Part shown: one piece after another, positions 1 to 14,803 of the stretch | Position numbering within the stretch: position 1 is the first letter of the stretch | How the letters are laid out: each line of letters opens with the position of its first letter | Source of the DNA: the human T2T-CHM13v2.0 reference genome, Homo sapiens | Direction: 5' to 3' (one strand) | DNA: 64,000 nucleotides | Assembly: GCF_009914755.1 (NCBI RefSeq) | Contig: NC_060927.1 | Translations under genes and position numbers: made by a program | The notes under the pieces: generated by a model | Database searches by the model: none | Told to the model about the DNA's origin: nothing | Seen by the model: only the letters and a program-made list of their open reading frames with translations

Positions 1-290
1 GAGAAGTTGATTAATGGTAAAACTGTACAAATGTATAGGTTGATAGAAGAAATAAGACCTAGTGTTAGGGGATCAGTAGGGTGACTATAGTCTATGATAA
101 TCTATTGTATATTTTAAAATAGCTAGAAAAGAATAATTTGAATGTTTCTAGCATAAAAGACAAATATTTAAAGTGATCAATATCCTAAATACACTGATAT
201 ATTCTTTACAAACTATATGAATGTATTAAATTGTCACATGTACCCTCAAACTATGTACATCTGTTATGCATCAATAAAACAAAATAAAAA
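1..290 (+). mobile_element. L1MA-type LINE-1 3' end
   Basis: L1MA 3'UTR motifs (aataagacctagtgtt...gggtgactatag...tattgtatattttaaaatagctag...atgtaccctcaaactatgtaca) ending in AATAAA and an A-rich tail. Confidence 0.85.
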
Positions 291-734
291 TATACATTGT
301 GCCTATAGTTAACAATACTATATCATACACTTAAATTTTGCTGTTATTAATAAAATAAAAACAAAAATTTAAAAACATACAAATAAACAAAAAACACCTA
401 CACACCCCCATAGCCCCAATCTCTAGCCTCAATCTCATAGTATGGTACAAACAAAAATTTTAATTATTAATAAAAAATAATCCTCCCAATAATGTGAAAT
501 ATGTTGATAGGGTAAATTAAAGCTTTAACTATGGCTAACACCTGAGTAGGCTCCTTGAGGCACTGAGGAGGCAGATGGTTTAGATCAGTTTACCTGAGAG
601 CTTCTACACTTCAAGGTGAATTAATAGATAAGGATTAGACGAATATTTTGCTTATTAAACAAACCTTCAGAAAGTGCTCACTTAATGTGAACAATGTTTT
701 AAGCATCTCAAATGAAAATTCATTATCTTATTAT

Positions 735-825
735 TTGAGCTCCACTTTACAAATGAGGAAATAGAGGCCCAGAGAGGTAGAATAATTTTTCCAAGGTCAC
801 ATAGTTAGTGGATGGAAGAGCTAAG
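735..825 (-). mobile_element. MIR SINE fragment
   Basis: MIR core in reverse orientation: ttacaaatgaggaaatagaggcccagagagg...ccaaggtcaca. Confidence 0.75.
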
Positions 826-1185
826 AAACTGCGGGAATCTTCAGGTAAGGCCTATAGGATCCCGAGTGGCTTAATCTCATGAACTTTGGAAACTGACCCA
901 CCAGTCTCACTTCCGGACTAGGACCTCATAGTGAGAAGAAATGGCTGAGATTGCAGTCAAAATGTAGCAGGATAGGAACAATGAGGAAGGAAAGAGAAGC
1001 CCAGACTAAAGTGGGAGAGGGGAATAGAGTCAGGGAATCTCTGAGAATGAACTGCCATATTTTAAACAATCGAGGTTATAAAAGCTGTCTGAATCAACCT
1101 TCCTCCTTAAAGTTCTGGAAAACTAAATTCACATGAAAATGAACAACAGAGAAATATTGAGGTCGGATTCCATACAAAGTTGTTA

Positions 1186-1515
1186 AGGCTGAGTATGTCT
1201 TATCCGAAATGCTTGGAATTAGAAGTGTTTCAGATTTAGGGTTCTTTTGGATTTTGGAATATTTGCATATACATAATGAGATATCTTGGGAATGGGACCC
1301 AAATTTCAACACAAAATTTATTTATGTTTCATATATGCCTTAGGCACATCACCCGAAAGTGATTTTAAACAATATTTTAAATAAGTTTGTGCAGGTAACA
1401 AAGTTTGTGGTAAGTACTTATGTGTAGAATTTTCTACTTGTGGCATCAGGTTGGCACACAAAAAGTTCTGGATATTGGAGCATTTTGGATTTCAGATTTT
1501 TGGATTAGGGATGTA
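1186..1515. mobile_element. Tigger4/MER46-type non-autonomous DNA transposon
   Basis: Termini gagtatgtcttatccgaaatgcttgg ... ggagcattttggatttcagatttttggattagggatg and internal gagatatcttgggaatgggacccaaa resemble Tigger4b. Confidence 0.8.
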
Positions 1516-2189
1516 TAAGAAAAAAAGAAAAAAGAGTAAAATAACATCTATACATACAATAAAAGTATGCCAAAAAGACATACTCAAAAAACAGGTCCAA
1601 AGTACTGCATTATTTCAAAATGAAGTAAAAGACGTTAAGAAAATTATATAATGAATGAAAGAATAAAATTAATTCAAATTCAAAAATGAAGTGGCAGAAA
1701 TCAAGAATGGATTAAAAATTACAGTAGCAGAATTTGGGTTCCCACTCGAGGGGCCGGCTCTACTGAGAACCACACCTCAGGCCCTACTGGAGCTACCTCC
1801 AGTGTTATTAATGAAGGAGCTGAGTTTCTTTACTTTTAAAAGTGGCTTTAAAATATTTTAAAATAATAAATATTGTTGAGTGATTGTAGTAAAGATAACT
1901 AAATAAAATATGAAAAATTAATTTTAGAATGTTGTGGCTGCTTCAGTAGAAAATTAAAATTTAAATCTCAAGCCCTGCACTTTTAATCCAAAGACTGTGG
2001 CTCCTTACTACGTTAAATGTGATTTGGTGCAAAGTGAATACAATTTTTTGGAAGCCAAAACCAAAAAAGTGAATTTAATATGGGGCAACAAATGTCACAA
2101 TGTATTATGGAGACATTATACTTATGTAGAAACTTACCCCAAATTTAGTAGACAGAACAACCTTTTGTAATGTCACATATACATTATTA

Positions 2190-2555
<366 letters not shown>

Positions 2556-2648
2556 TTACAACAAATCATTCTCAAGGTGAGAGAGCATGTGTAATTTAAA
2601 AAAGCCTATTCAATATCACTTGTTTTACAAACCAAGAAAATTCAGCTT

Positions 2649-2932
2649 GGCAGGGCATTGTACTCATGCCTGTAATTCAAGCACTTTGGGAGGCAGAGGT
2701 GGGAGGATTGCTTGAGGTCAGAGTTTGAGAACAGCCTGGGCGACGTAGTGAGACCCTTCTCTAGAAAATATTAAAAAAATTAGCTGGGCTTGGTTGGCAC
2801 ACACCTGTAGTCGCAGCTACTCTTGAGGCTGAGGTGGGAGGACTGTTTGTCCGCAGGAGTTTTAGGCTGCAGTGAGCCATGATGGCACCACAGCACTCCA
2901 GCCTAGGCAACAGAAAGAAAGATCCTATCTTG
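2649..2932 (+). mobile_element. AluJ
   Basis: Dimeric Alu with J-type ggaggattgcttgagg; degenerate TSD aagaaaattcagct / aagaaattcaagct. Confidence 0.92.
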
Positions 2933-4262
2933 ACTTTTTTCAGAAAGAAATTCAAGCTCGATAAAGTCTGTTCCATGGTGGATATGTTATTCTATTGTGA
3001 GAAGGCACTACAATGGAATAGGATAAAACCTGAGATATAGTGACATAAATCCTGAGTGTGTGTGCATCTGTGAGTGTGCACACTGGAGGTAAATAGGTGC
3101 CGACTCCATGTATTCAAATCACTGTGGCAGATTTTCCAAACTATAGTACTCAGGCCAAGCCCATCCAATCCTGGTTGAAAGCCACAAATACGGGATATTA
3201 AGGCCAATCGGAGAGAGATTTGAGCTATGCGCAGAGGCTGTGCTATAGATAGTCTCAGAAAACTCTCCTATCCCTACAATTTTTTGCAGAAAATATCAAG
3301 TTAAATGAATGCTGAAAAATCTTAAGGGAAAAAGGGTGGCTTTGTCAGCAAGTTGTTTTAAAATTTTTCATAACTTGTGCCATTTCTTTGAACCAACATC
3401 GAGCTGATAGGACATTTTTAAACCAGATTTTGATGGCCGTGTAAGTCCTAGGTCCTGATTCAGACATCTTCAAAACAATTTCTGATCTGGACTTTGGAAC
3501 CCTAAAGTGGACCTACCTCACCAAGAAAGGAAATGTAGGTGACCTAGATCTGTTTGCTTATTATTTATTAATAAGGTAATTTGCTAGTACAACCGAGCCA
3601 CAGATGAGTGCAGATAGCATTAGCCAATTTGTCTGAGGCTCATTTCTGGGTGAATTTGGACTCTAGACCCAGGGTGAGTTTCACCTGCTTTGTTTTCCTA
3701 GCACCTTAACTTCAGTGTTACACGTAGCCATCCTCTCTTACCTGGTGACTCAATCCTTTCATGACCTGTTTAGATTCTCTGCTTTTTAAAAAACATGCAT
3801 TTTTCCCAACTCATGGTACATTCTTTGGAGTTTGAGATGAGAAGAGACAATTTAACTCAATTCAACTCAGCCCATTTTATTTTTGTTAGCAGTTTGAACA
3901 AAGAGTCGTTAGGGTACAATCAAAACTTTTGATTAAAGAGATTTGAATTTTGGAGAGTTTAGTTTATTTTTGGCATCATGACCCTGGGAATGCAGAGAAT
4001 TAACTTGTTTCTGTTGACTATATAGACATTCAGCTTTGTTTTTAGATGACGTAACAGAGAATTTTATAGTTAGAATATCAGTACATTCTGTAGAACTTTG
4101 GAAAAAACATGGACTATCTCCAAAAGAGATACAAAAAACTGCTTATGTAATTTTGGGTGTTTTTCATGTAACTAATTCTATTGTTGTTATTGTTTTTAAA
4201 TTGTGATTTATGGTGATTGTAAGGTAGTACATGCATGTGGTAAAAATAAATACATAAAATCA

Positions 4263-4607
<345 letters not shown>

Positions 4608-5656
4608 TCAGACCTATTCCTAAATCTGCAAGTTTCCTTCTGAAGAGGCTATCACAGTTTCTGTGGCTAAGGTTGATAAGGAGGTGACGAATTAATCCTT
4701 TTTGCAACTCAATCTTAGTCTTTAAAGATTAGACAAAACAAAATAAAACAAATTGGGCTATAAACGTCTGCACTGTTGGAAAGGGTCACATAGCATTGGT
4801 TTCCTAAGACTCTTCACTGATGTTGCATGTAAAATGGATAGGATCCAAGGTTTAGAAATGATTGCACAATAAAAATTAGAATTCTCTGTTGTGGATCATT
4901 GAATAGGTACCACTCAGGTTACAATTTAACCAAACTAAAGAAACCAAACTATGGAAACAAATGGTAATAAGTATAACAATCATTAGAGATTTGAAACAAT
5001 TTGAGTTTACTTTATAGTTTATGGAATATTCCTTTTCCCTCAATGTCATATAATTTGAATGACTGTTTAAAGTAATCGTCTTTGGTTAAATAGGATTTTT
5101 CAGAGTTAGATGTATTACCAGAGAAATTCATTTCCTAGTTTTATAAACCTAATTGTAAATGTTTATCTTTGTATTCACTGTTATCTGATTTTTTTTTTCA
5201 TATAAGAAATTCCTTGTCTTCTCATGGTCAATACCCACTTGTCTTTGATATTTGAATACTAAATTCTAAAATCAATCTCCCTTTACAGTTCATTGCATTA
5301 AGCTACTATCTTAGAACATAGGATAGATATTTTCTGTGAAAAAGTTATTTATGTTCTGGATTATTTTTGGTTGTATTTGAATAGCTCAGAACCCAATATT
5401 TTATTAGTGTGATCTGAATTATTTTCTTCCAATTCATTTATCTTGACATGGTTATATTGAATTCATCTGTCTAATTTTTACATTTTTAGAGTCATTGTTA
5501 ATCTCAATGGTAGTTTACAATCCACACAATAAACATTCATTTCTCTAACCAGCAAATATTCAGTGAATATCCACTGCAGGTCAAAGGTGGATAAGACACA
5601 GCACAGTTTCTTACAGTCTCATAGTGTTAGATCTGAGAGGCCAAACAACATGGAAA

Positions 5657-5659
<3 letters not shown>

Positions 5660-5702
<43 letters not shown>
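5660..5702. repeat. poly-A / (TA)n microsatellite
   Basis: About 29 A followed by about 7 TA units. Confidence 0.95.
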
Positions 5703-6279
5703 CACCCTTGGACAAATCAGTTTTATAAAATGTTAATACAGAAAATACATTCATAATCTGAACATCCCCTTGATGGTAAAATATTGCAGTAATAACGTTG
5801 ACAGAATAAGCTTTATTCTTGCATAAAAAACAGTTGCCTGTTACCCACAGGTATTAATTATTGGACAGGAGTTCAGAATATTTGGTTGTTCATGATTTTA
5901 ATTTGTGTTCTACAAACTCTAAAAGAGTTGTTTGGTTCTGGTACCAAAGGTTTTACTTTTTGGCAGCTACTGAATCAGTAGGGGTAAGATTGGTCAACTG
6001 AGAATGCTTGGTTTGCTTAGCACTAACTTGCTGGAATTGATTATGAGGGAACATTGCCAAAATAAATTGATGTCATTAGCATTTTTATTCGTAAGTAGTA
6101 GGAAAAGTCCAAAGCTAGCCCTGTAACATCCTGGTCTGTTTCTGTACCAAATATATTCTACCTCCTAATGCTTGGTGTGTATTTTTATGGAAAAACAAAG
6201 GTCATATAGTGCAATTATTACCTAATTACAACATTCTTTTATTACCATAAGCAAGAGAAAGAAGCATCTTTCATCTTTT

Positions 6280-7145
6280 AACTGAAGCCTCTTGAATTTC
6301 TCCCCAAATCTATTCCCATCTGCTTTTTCCTTTTATCAATAGATGGTAACTGTTCCCCAATTGTTCATGCCAGAAACCTGGTTGTCATCCTTGAAAATTC
6401 CATCTCGCTGTGAAAGGTACTTCATGTCCAATCAATGACCTTTCTACCTTAAAATATTTATTAAATGTATCTACTTCTCTCCATCTTCATTGTCATTTGC
6501 CTAATCCAAACCACCCTTGTATCTCTCTGGATGACTGTGAAAACTTTACTGGCTGTTCTGTGTCCACTGTTGCCCTTTCTTCAGTCTAGTCCCCAGTAAC
6601 TACGAGAATGACAGTTTAAAGGAAACATCATGTTATGTCATTTCTCTGCTTAAAACTTTCAGTGGCTTCTCAGTGCTCTTAAGAGAAATTCAAACATCCT
6701 TGACATGGCTCTATGTGATTGCTACTGTCATTTTGAGGTCTTGCTCTCCATGACCCAGCCATGTCACCTTCCCTCCTCCTTCAGTGAACCTCAAACTCTT
6801 TTCTCTTGGGGTCTTCTAACACGTTTCCTCTGCCGGCCTCTGCTTTCTCCATCTCTGGGCAGGAAACTTATCATTCAAGTTTTAGCTTGAATGTCACTGT
6901 GCCTTCAATCCTGGATCCCCCTAATATGTTTTCCTCAAAGCACTCTATTCTCATTTTTTATAATACTTACCAGTAATAATTATGTCATTATTTGTATAAT
7001 TATTCATCCAGTGTTCATCTTTCCCATTACTGTAAGCTCTGTGAGAGCAGAGACCTCACCTGTTTTTGCTCATGCTGTATTTGAAGCATCTAGTGTGTTT
7101 CCAAGCACAATAACTGCTCAGTAAATAATTGTTGAAAGCAAATGA
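6280..7145 (+). mobile_element. L2 LINE 3' region
   Basis: L2 motifs gccagaaacctgg...catccttga, ctgcttaaaactttcagtggct, tgtaagctctgtgagagcagagac, and terminal ctcagtaaataattgttgaa. Confidence 0.85.
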
Positions 7146-7829
7146 GGGCAGCTACTCACTAAAACATAGAATGGTTTAGTTTTAATGTGTGAGATCTTGG
7201 GTATTAAAATATCTTTAATTAATTCAGAACCTGTAAAAAATTAATGAGTTATCTTTTCTGAGCATTGACACCATATACTATGGTTTAGCAAGTTTTTCCC
7301 TTTCTCTCTATTTTAAGACAGTCACAGAGTCTATATATCTTCTCTGGCCTTTCACTGGAAGGTTTTTTGAATCTCTGTAAGAAGAGAACCTTTACCATGC
7401 ACCCACTTTCCTTTTGCTACAGGGCTGGCCAGCATGTTTTTCTCTGCTATTCTTAAACTCTATTCGGTAGCATTTCCTGAATGCCCCCAGTCCCTGATGC
7501 AGCTTATCTTTGACTCCACCAAGGTGGTTGTGCAGTTCTAGTTATTGCTTCTGTGTCTTGGTTCTCAGACATAAGTCCACTTCCCACTTGTCAATGGTGT
7601 TGCTACTGCCACAGCTCATGATTTCCATTGACCAGTCTTTGCTTATTCCCATCGTCACAACATGTCACTATTTAGAAAATTATTTCTGTTGGGAAACTGG
7701 GAAATCTTGTTATTTTTCTTCTTCCCCAAATCATTTGAAAAATATTAATTAAAATGACCCTAACACAGATACTTCGGACACCACCATGACATTTTTGCCT
7801 AATTTTTATCCCTAAGCCAGTTCTCTATC

Positions 7830-8390
7830 TGTAGGACAGACTCTAACGGGGCCTCATTCTCTCTACCCCATGGCCTTCACACTTTCCCCTTCCCTTGAGT
7901 GTGTGTGTATGTGACCTGTGACTTGCTTTTAACCAATAAAATACAGAAAGGTGATAGGATATACTTGGTTACATGTATGTGATTGTGTTAATTAAGACTG
8001 TAACATCCTTCTTGCTGAGAGGCTTTCTCTCTTGCTGCCTTTAAAGAAGCAAGCTGCTGTGTTGTGAGCTTCCCTGTGGAGAGGACATGTAACAAGGAAA
8101 CTGAAGGCAGCCTCCAGCCAACATCTAGTAAAAAACTGAGAATCTTAGTCTGTCATCCTAGAAAGCACTGAATACTGCCAATAACCATGTGAGTATGGAA
8201 GTGGATCTTCCCCCAGTCAAACTGAGATGAGAATCCAGCCTTGGCCAACATCTTGATTTTAGTCTTGCAGAGAACCCAGCTAAGTTGTGCTTGAATGCTT
8301 GACTCACAGATACTGAGATAATAAATGTGTGTTGTTTCAAGTCACTAAGTTTATAGTAATATTGTTATGCAGCAATAGATAACTAATGCA
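7830..8390 (+). mobile_element. MaLR solo LTR (MLT1E/F-like)
   Basis: TG...CA termini; MLT1 motifs gaagcaagctgctgtgttgtgag, cagatactgagataataaatgtgtgttgttt, gcagcaatagataactaatgca. Confidence 0.88.
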
Positions 8391-8391
8391 T

Positions 8392-8793
8392 CTTTTTTTA
8401 AATTATACTTTAAGTTCTGGGGTACATGTGCAGAATATGCAGTTTTGTTACATAGTGATACACGTGCCATAGTGGTTTGCTGCATCTATCAACCCATCAC
8501 CTACTATCCCTCCCTTACCTCCCCACCCCCAAACAGCCCCAGTGTGTGATGTTCCTCTTCTTGTGTCCATGTGTTCTCATTGTTCAGTTCCCACTTATGG
8601 GTGAGAACACATGGTGTTTGGTTTTCTGTTCTTGTGTTAGTTTGCTGAGAATGATGGTTTCCAGCTTCATCCGTGTCTCTGCAAAGGACATGAACTCATC
8701 CTTTTTTATGGCTACATAGTATTCCATCGTATATATGTGCCACATTTTCTTTATCCAGTCTTTCATTGATGGACATTTGGGTTGATTCCAAGT
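8392..8793 (-). mobile_element. L1PA 3' end fragment
   Basis: attatactttaagttctggggtacatgtgcag; reverse frame encodes the ORF2 C-terminus WIKKMWHIYTMEYY. Confidence 0.93.
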
Positions 8794-9304
8794 TATATAT
8801 TCTTAACTGAAGTGCTTTTATCTCACACTCTTTTCCCAACCATTTATGGATGAGAAAACTTTCAGCACAAAACTTGGTCAAAGCTTTGTGAAAAAGTAGA
8901 TATTATGGCATCCTCTTCTTACATGTAATTATTTACCTACAAAAAAAAAATTGAGTATGACTTTTATCTTAAGAATCCTTATGATTATCCCTTCTACCTC
9001 CAGGGGTCATATGTATGTACACATTCAGAAGTGAGACCTTTAATAATTGATTCCATCAGTTCCTGGCTAGGGAAATATGGATACAACTACTTCTTCCTTG
9101 ATAGAACTTCTCTCATGAATAGGACATCTCCCATTCTAGCACAGGGTAATCTAACACAATATCATCTGTTAATAATGTAATAGCTAAAGATATTTCTGTA
9201 GAAAATGTTGTCTGAATGTTCAGTTCCACACCATGTATATCATATCAGAAGTATGTCTGAAATGGAGTGTATCTGATCCTAAAATGCCTAAGTGTGGAGG
9301 GTAA

Positions 9305-9608
9305 GCTCTACAGATAGAAATATAATGCAAGTTACATTTTTACAAATTTTCTAAAAGCTACATTTAAAAAATAACAAAGCCAGATGAGACAGATTTTAGT
9401 AGTATATTTTATTTAATTGAAGATACCTAAAATAATTTCAACGTAATCAATGTAATAAAATTAATGAGATATTTTTTCCTTTTTCCCCCTGGGTCTTCAA
9501 AATCCTATTTTTTTTACACTTAGAGCACACTTTGATTTAGATTAGCCATGTCTCACATGCTCAGTAATCATATGTGGGTTATTGACAAGTGTAGTGGACA
9601 GTACAGCT
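9305..9608 (+). mobile_element. MER33 (hAT-Charlie) DNA transposon relic
   Basis: atagaaatataatgcaag...attaatgagatatttt...ttacacttagagcac...tggacagtacag. Confidence 0.8.
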
Positions 9609-9758
9609 TTAGATAGTTACATGAGCATGTTAAACCACAGATATAAAATAATCCACAAAAAAATCTGCTTGAGGCAGCTGATTGAAAATGCATATCACAA
9701 ATACACATGTAAATAGAAGATCTGAGTACCTAGGCAGACGTGGATCAAAGAAGGAAGC

Positions 9759-10524
9759 TCTATTACGGTTCTTCAGAGAAATAGAACAAATAGTATACAT
9801 ATAGATGTATAGAAAGAAATTTATTATAAGGGATTGACTTATGAAGGCTGAGAAGTCCCATAATCTGCTATCTGCAAACTGGAGGTCCAGGAAAGCTGGT
9901 GGTGCTCTATCTCAGCCCAAAGATCTGAAAACCAGGGAAGTCAATGGCACAAGTCTCAGTCAGAGTCCAAAGGCCCAGTGTCCAAGGACAGGAGAAGATG
10001 GATGTCTCAACTAAAGAGAGTGAGTTTGTTCTACCTCTGCTTTTCTTTAAAAAAAATTTTTTTAGAGACACTCTACCTCACTCTGTCACTGAGGTTGAAG
10101 TGCAGTGGTGTGATCATAGCTCACTGCAACCTTGAACTCCTGGACTCCAGCAATCCTCCTGCCTCAGCCACCCAAGCAGCTAATTTTTTAAATTTTTTTG
10201 TAGAGACAGGGGTCTCTTTATGTTGCTCATACTAGTCTTGAACTCTGACCTCAAGCAATCCTCCTGCCTTGGCCTCCCATTGGGATTATATGTGAGCATG
10301 AGCCACTGGGGCCAGCCTAATACCTCTGCCTTTTTGTTCTATTTGGGCCTTCAATGGATTGGATGATACCTGCTCACATCAGTGAGTGTGGATCTTTCTT
10401 ACTCAATCCACTGATTCAAATGCCCTTCGTCCAGAAATCCTCACAGATACACCCAGAAATGTTTTACCAGCTATCTGGGTATCCCTTAGCCCAGTCAGAT
10501 TGACACATAAAATTACCCATCACA
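9759..10524 (-). mobile_element. MLT2 (ERVL) solo LTR, interrupted by an Alu
   Basis: ggttcttcagagaaatagaac ... cctcacagatacacccagaaat ... ttgacacataaaattacccatcaca; 5-bp TSD gaagc/gaagt. Confidence 0.88.
10047..10318 (-). mobile_element. AluJ nested in the MLT2 LTR
   Basis: Reverse Alu with an internal deletion; TSD tacctctgc(t/c)tttt on both sides. Confidence 0.9.
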
Positions 10525-10894
10525 GAAGTCACGATAGGTGCTACGATTTAATAAAGACACAAAGAATCCTTGGCTTATGCAGATTTTACATCTGTAGTAC
10601 CATCTGCCCAAGAGTGACTCAAAGGATCTTGATATGTAGGTCTTGTAACTGGACTGTGGTGTGAATTTGAAGCAGCCTACTACAGGAACAATGCCTTGGC
10701 TGGTGTGTAAGTCTGTCTGACCTCCCTGTGTCTGTACATCTCTACTTATCTCATAAGTGGTAATGGTCACTAAAAGCCTGAAGGAGCCACTTAATTTTTT
10801 CATTTATATTTGTGGCATCTTATGGAGGAAATAACATGCATGGCAAAATATACAGACTGCAGGCACTGAAACTGAATCATTTGCCAATGTCAGA

Positions 10895-11194
10895 TTTTTC
10901 TTTTTTCTTTTTTGAGACAGAGTCTCACTCTGTGGTCCAGGCTGCAGTGCAGTGGTGTGATCTCAGCTCACTGCAACCTCTGCTTCCTGGTTCAAGCGAT
11001 TCTCCTGCCTCAGCCTCCTGAGTAGCTGGGATGACAGGTGCACACCACCATGCCCAGCTAATTTTTATATTTTTAGTACAGATGGAGTTTCACCATGTTG
11101 GCCAGGCCAGTCTCGAACTCCTGACCTCAAGTGATCGGCCCACCTCGGCCTCCCAAAGTGCTGGGATTTCAGGTGTGAGCCACCATGCCTAGCC
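10895..11194 (-). mobile_element. AluS
   Basis: Full reverse Alu; TSD caatgtcagatttt at 10885-10898 and 11195-11208. Confidence 0.95.
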
Positions 11195-11719
11195 CAATGT
11201 CAGATTTTGATGGAGCTATGAAAGGCTTGTGAGAGTAGACTGGGTTCTCATCTCTGCTTCCATTTAATTAAAAACCATGGAGTCCCTATGAAGTGTTAAG
11301 CCCCTTTGATTGAAAGCTTTTGTCATAGAAAACTTCAATTTTTTTTTCTTTCCTAGATATTATGCTATCTTAATAATATTTGTTAATATTGTTGTTTAAA
11401 GAGCTGAATAGAAAATTCTTACTCTTAATTTAACAAATTATTCCTTTCAGAAAATTTACATTTTTAAGGTTCTGTGAAGAAATGAAAGATCTTTACCTGA
11501 GGATATGTAAGTACTCTTCCATCAGATACAGTTGATTCTCAGTCACAGAGGGCTGGAGTGCTTCTCAAGGATTATCCAAACTCACAGCTCCATTTCTTTC
11601 TCCTTGATGTAGAAGAACTATGTTATTAATATGCATTGAATTTTGGTGGTAAGCATGTAGGTGTCTGTTTATTATATTGCACATATGTTTTAAATATTTC
11701 ATAATTTAAAACAATTATT

Positions 11720-12011
11720 GGACTGGATGCAGTGGCTCATGCTTGTAAATCCCAGCACTTTGGGAGGCTGAGGCGGGTGGATTACTTGAGCTCAGGAGTT
11801 TCAGACCAGCCTGTGCGATGTGGCAAAACCCCATCTCTACAAAAAGTACAAAAACTTATTTGGATGTGGTGGTGTGTGCCTGTAGTCCCAGATACTCTGG
11901 AGGCTGAGGTGAGAGGATCACTTGGGCCCAGGAGGTGGAGGTTGCAGTGAGCCGAGATTGAGCCACAGCACCCCAGCCTGGGCAACAGAGTGAGACCCTG
12001 TCTCAAAAAAA
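11720..12011 (+). mobile_element. AluJ
   Basis: Full dimeric Alu; TSD aaaacaatt. Confidence 0.93.
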
Positions 12012-12070
12012 CAATTTTCCTAAGGAAAGAAAGGTCATACAACTTGTTCTCTGACCTCTTTCCATTAATA

Positions 12071-12181
12071 AAGGGATTCTCAATCTTGGTATTACCGCCA
12101 TTTTTGGCTGGGTAATTCTTTGTTGTTGAGGGCTGTCCTATATATTGTAGGATCCCTAGCTCTGTCCACTAGATGCCAATG
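12071..12181. mobile_element. MER20-like hAT relic
   Basis: ttctcaatcttgg...ggctgggtaattctttgttg...gggctgtcct...ccactagatgcca. Confidence 0.7.
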
Positions 12182-12562
12182 TCTTATGGTTGTTCTCTCG
12201 TTTCTATTCCCACAGTCATTATTTATTTTGGGCCCTCAACACCTCTCACCAAGACTCCACATCAGTCCGTGGAATAGCCTGTGCATTCAATCTCTTACCT
12301 TGATAATACACCCTCCACATTGCCATAGAAAGTGTGATACCTATAATTTATTTAGCATCTACTGTGTGCTATTTGAGTATTGATTACTTTCATTTGTCAA
12401 CTGTAGCCTGACCTGATGAAATTAAAAAACAGAAAAGTTAAGTGACTTGCCCCAAATGACACTGTTAGCAAGTACAAGAAAAGATTAAAATTTAGGTATG
12501 CTTAATTTCAAAGCCTATGATCTTAATGTCATCATACTGCCTAAAACATGACATTGTCCTGA

Positions 12563-12997
<435 letters not shown>

Positions 12998-13047
12998 GCA
13001 CACAGCATTCTTATCTCACTGGGTAGCAACCATCTTCCCAAACTTGC

Positions 13048-13398
13048 TGCAATTCTTAAATATCCCCAAAATTAATATATAAAAATCCTAACTAGGTGAT
13101 GGTATTAGGAAGTGGGGCTTTTGGGGGTTGATTAAGTAATGAAGGTGGAGCCCTCATGATTGCAATTAGTGCCCTTAAAGATAAGACCCCACAGAGCTAG
13201 CCACCCTTTTCACTATGTGAGGACATAGTGAAAGGTGTCTTCTATGAATAAGAAAGTGGGCCCTCATCAGACTCTGCATCTGCCAGTGCTTTGATCTTGG
13301 ACTTCCCAGTCTCTAGAACTGTGAGAAATACATTTCTGTTGGTTATGAGCCTCTCGGTCTGTGATATTTTGTTATAGCACCCTGAACAGACTCAGGCA
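13048..13398 (+). mobile_element. MaLR solo LTR (MLT1A-like)
   Basis: ggtggagccctcatga...atgtgaggaca...cttggacttcccagtctctagaactgtgagaaata; TG...CA ends; TSD cttgc. Confidence 0.9.
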
Positions 13399-13409
13399 CT
13401 TGCCATGCA

Positions 13410-13835
13410 TTTTCATGCCTTTGCCCATGCTGTTTCCTCAACGCAAAATGCACTTTCCATCTTGTTCTCTTCTCTAAAATTCTAATCCTCCTTCAAAACT
13501 TAATTCAGATGCCTTTTTGTCCAGTGAAACATTTTCCAATATGCATAGGATTGTTTCTTCTTCTTACTCCCATAGCACATTGCTAGCTGCATATAGCTTT
13601 TAAATCATTCTGTTTTATTAGGTGCTTTTCCATATATCTGTCTGTAAATACCTGGAGGGCAGGAATCATTCCTTATTTACACTCTGCTTCATTTAAAAGA
13701 GACCAAGGCAACGAGAGGCTTCCTCTTTTTAGCTCTGCATTTCCTAGAACACAGCACGTATGAATTTCTGTAACACATCCACACACAACACTCAATAAAA
13801 TTTGGTCAAATACATGGGAAGATGAATGAACAAAC
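13410..13835 (+). mobile_element. L2 3' fragment
   Basis: gcctttgcccatgctgtttcctc, ggagggcaggaatc, terminal ctcaataaaatttgg...gaatgaa. Confidence 0.7.
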
Positions 13836-14288
13836 AAATGACAAAAGATTTATGATGGATTTTCCCTGACTATGAGCATCATCAAAAGTTTGGAAAATAC
13901 AAGGAAAAAATAAGTAATCTGTATTCTTACCATAGATATTTTGGAAAATATCTTTCTGGTTAGCTGATGCTGAGCAAATGGCTTAGAAAATCACCAATTA
14001 GGTGTCATTTGGTATAGGTATAGGGTGGATCACAGTTGCATAGAGCTTTGCCCTGTCAGCACCTGGCAGAGGGGTGTACTTGTGGGTAACAGGACACATC
14101 AAGGGGCTTTTTATAGACATTATTTTTATTATTTATAGGTATTTGTATGTATAGGCATAAAATTCAAAAGTTACAAAGGGGTATTTAGTGAAAGTAATCT
14201 CCTTCCACTCTTGTCCTTCAGTCACTTAGTTTCCCTCCCTACAGGCAACTATTGTTATCAAGAGATTTTATTGATTTTGTAAGATAAT

Positions 14289-14654
14289 TGCTATGGTCTG
14301 AATAAATAATATGTCCTCCAAAGCTCACATGTTGAAACTTAATCACCAATATGATAGTATTAAAAGAAGGAGCCTTCAAGGGATGACTAAGTCATACGGT
14401 CAGAGCTCTCATGTATGTGATTGGGGCCCTATGAAAGGGCTTGAGGGAGTGGGTTTGTTCTCATCCACTCTTTGGCCATGTGACAGCACCCAGACAGCGC
14501 CATCTATGAGGAACCATCTTTCACAGGACAGCGATCCTGCCAGCATCTTGACCTTGTGCCTCTCAGTCTCCAGAATTGTAAAGAAATACATTTTTAAAAA
14601 ATAAAGGACCCAGCCTCAGGTAATTTGTGATAGCTGCACAAACAGGCTAAGACA
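14289..14654 (+). mobile_element. MaLR solo LTR (MST/MLT1A-like)
   Basis: tgctatggtctgaa...catgttgaaacttaatcacc...ggctaagaca; near-TSD ataat/atgat. Confidence 0.88.
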
Positions 14655-14803
14655 ATGATTATTTCAAATAGCACTTACTTGGAAAAATAATTTTTATACA
14701 TTACTATTATGCCTTAGACAAAAAACTGCTATTAAAAATCTAACATCTAAATAATAACTTTGATTTAGCAAGAATTACCAATAAATTGCTTTGTAAATGA
14801 GTT

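Noticed and set aside
11340-11512. Possible exon (polypyrimidine-AG acceptors at 11355 and 11450, GTAAGT donor at 11507)
   Set aside because: Splice-like words are common in AT-rich DNA; there is no ORF context or transcript evidence
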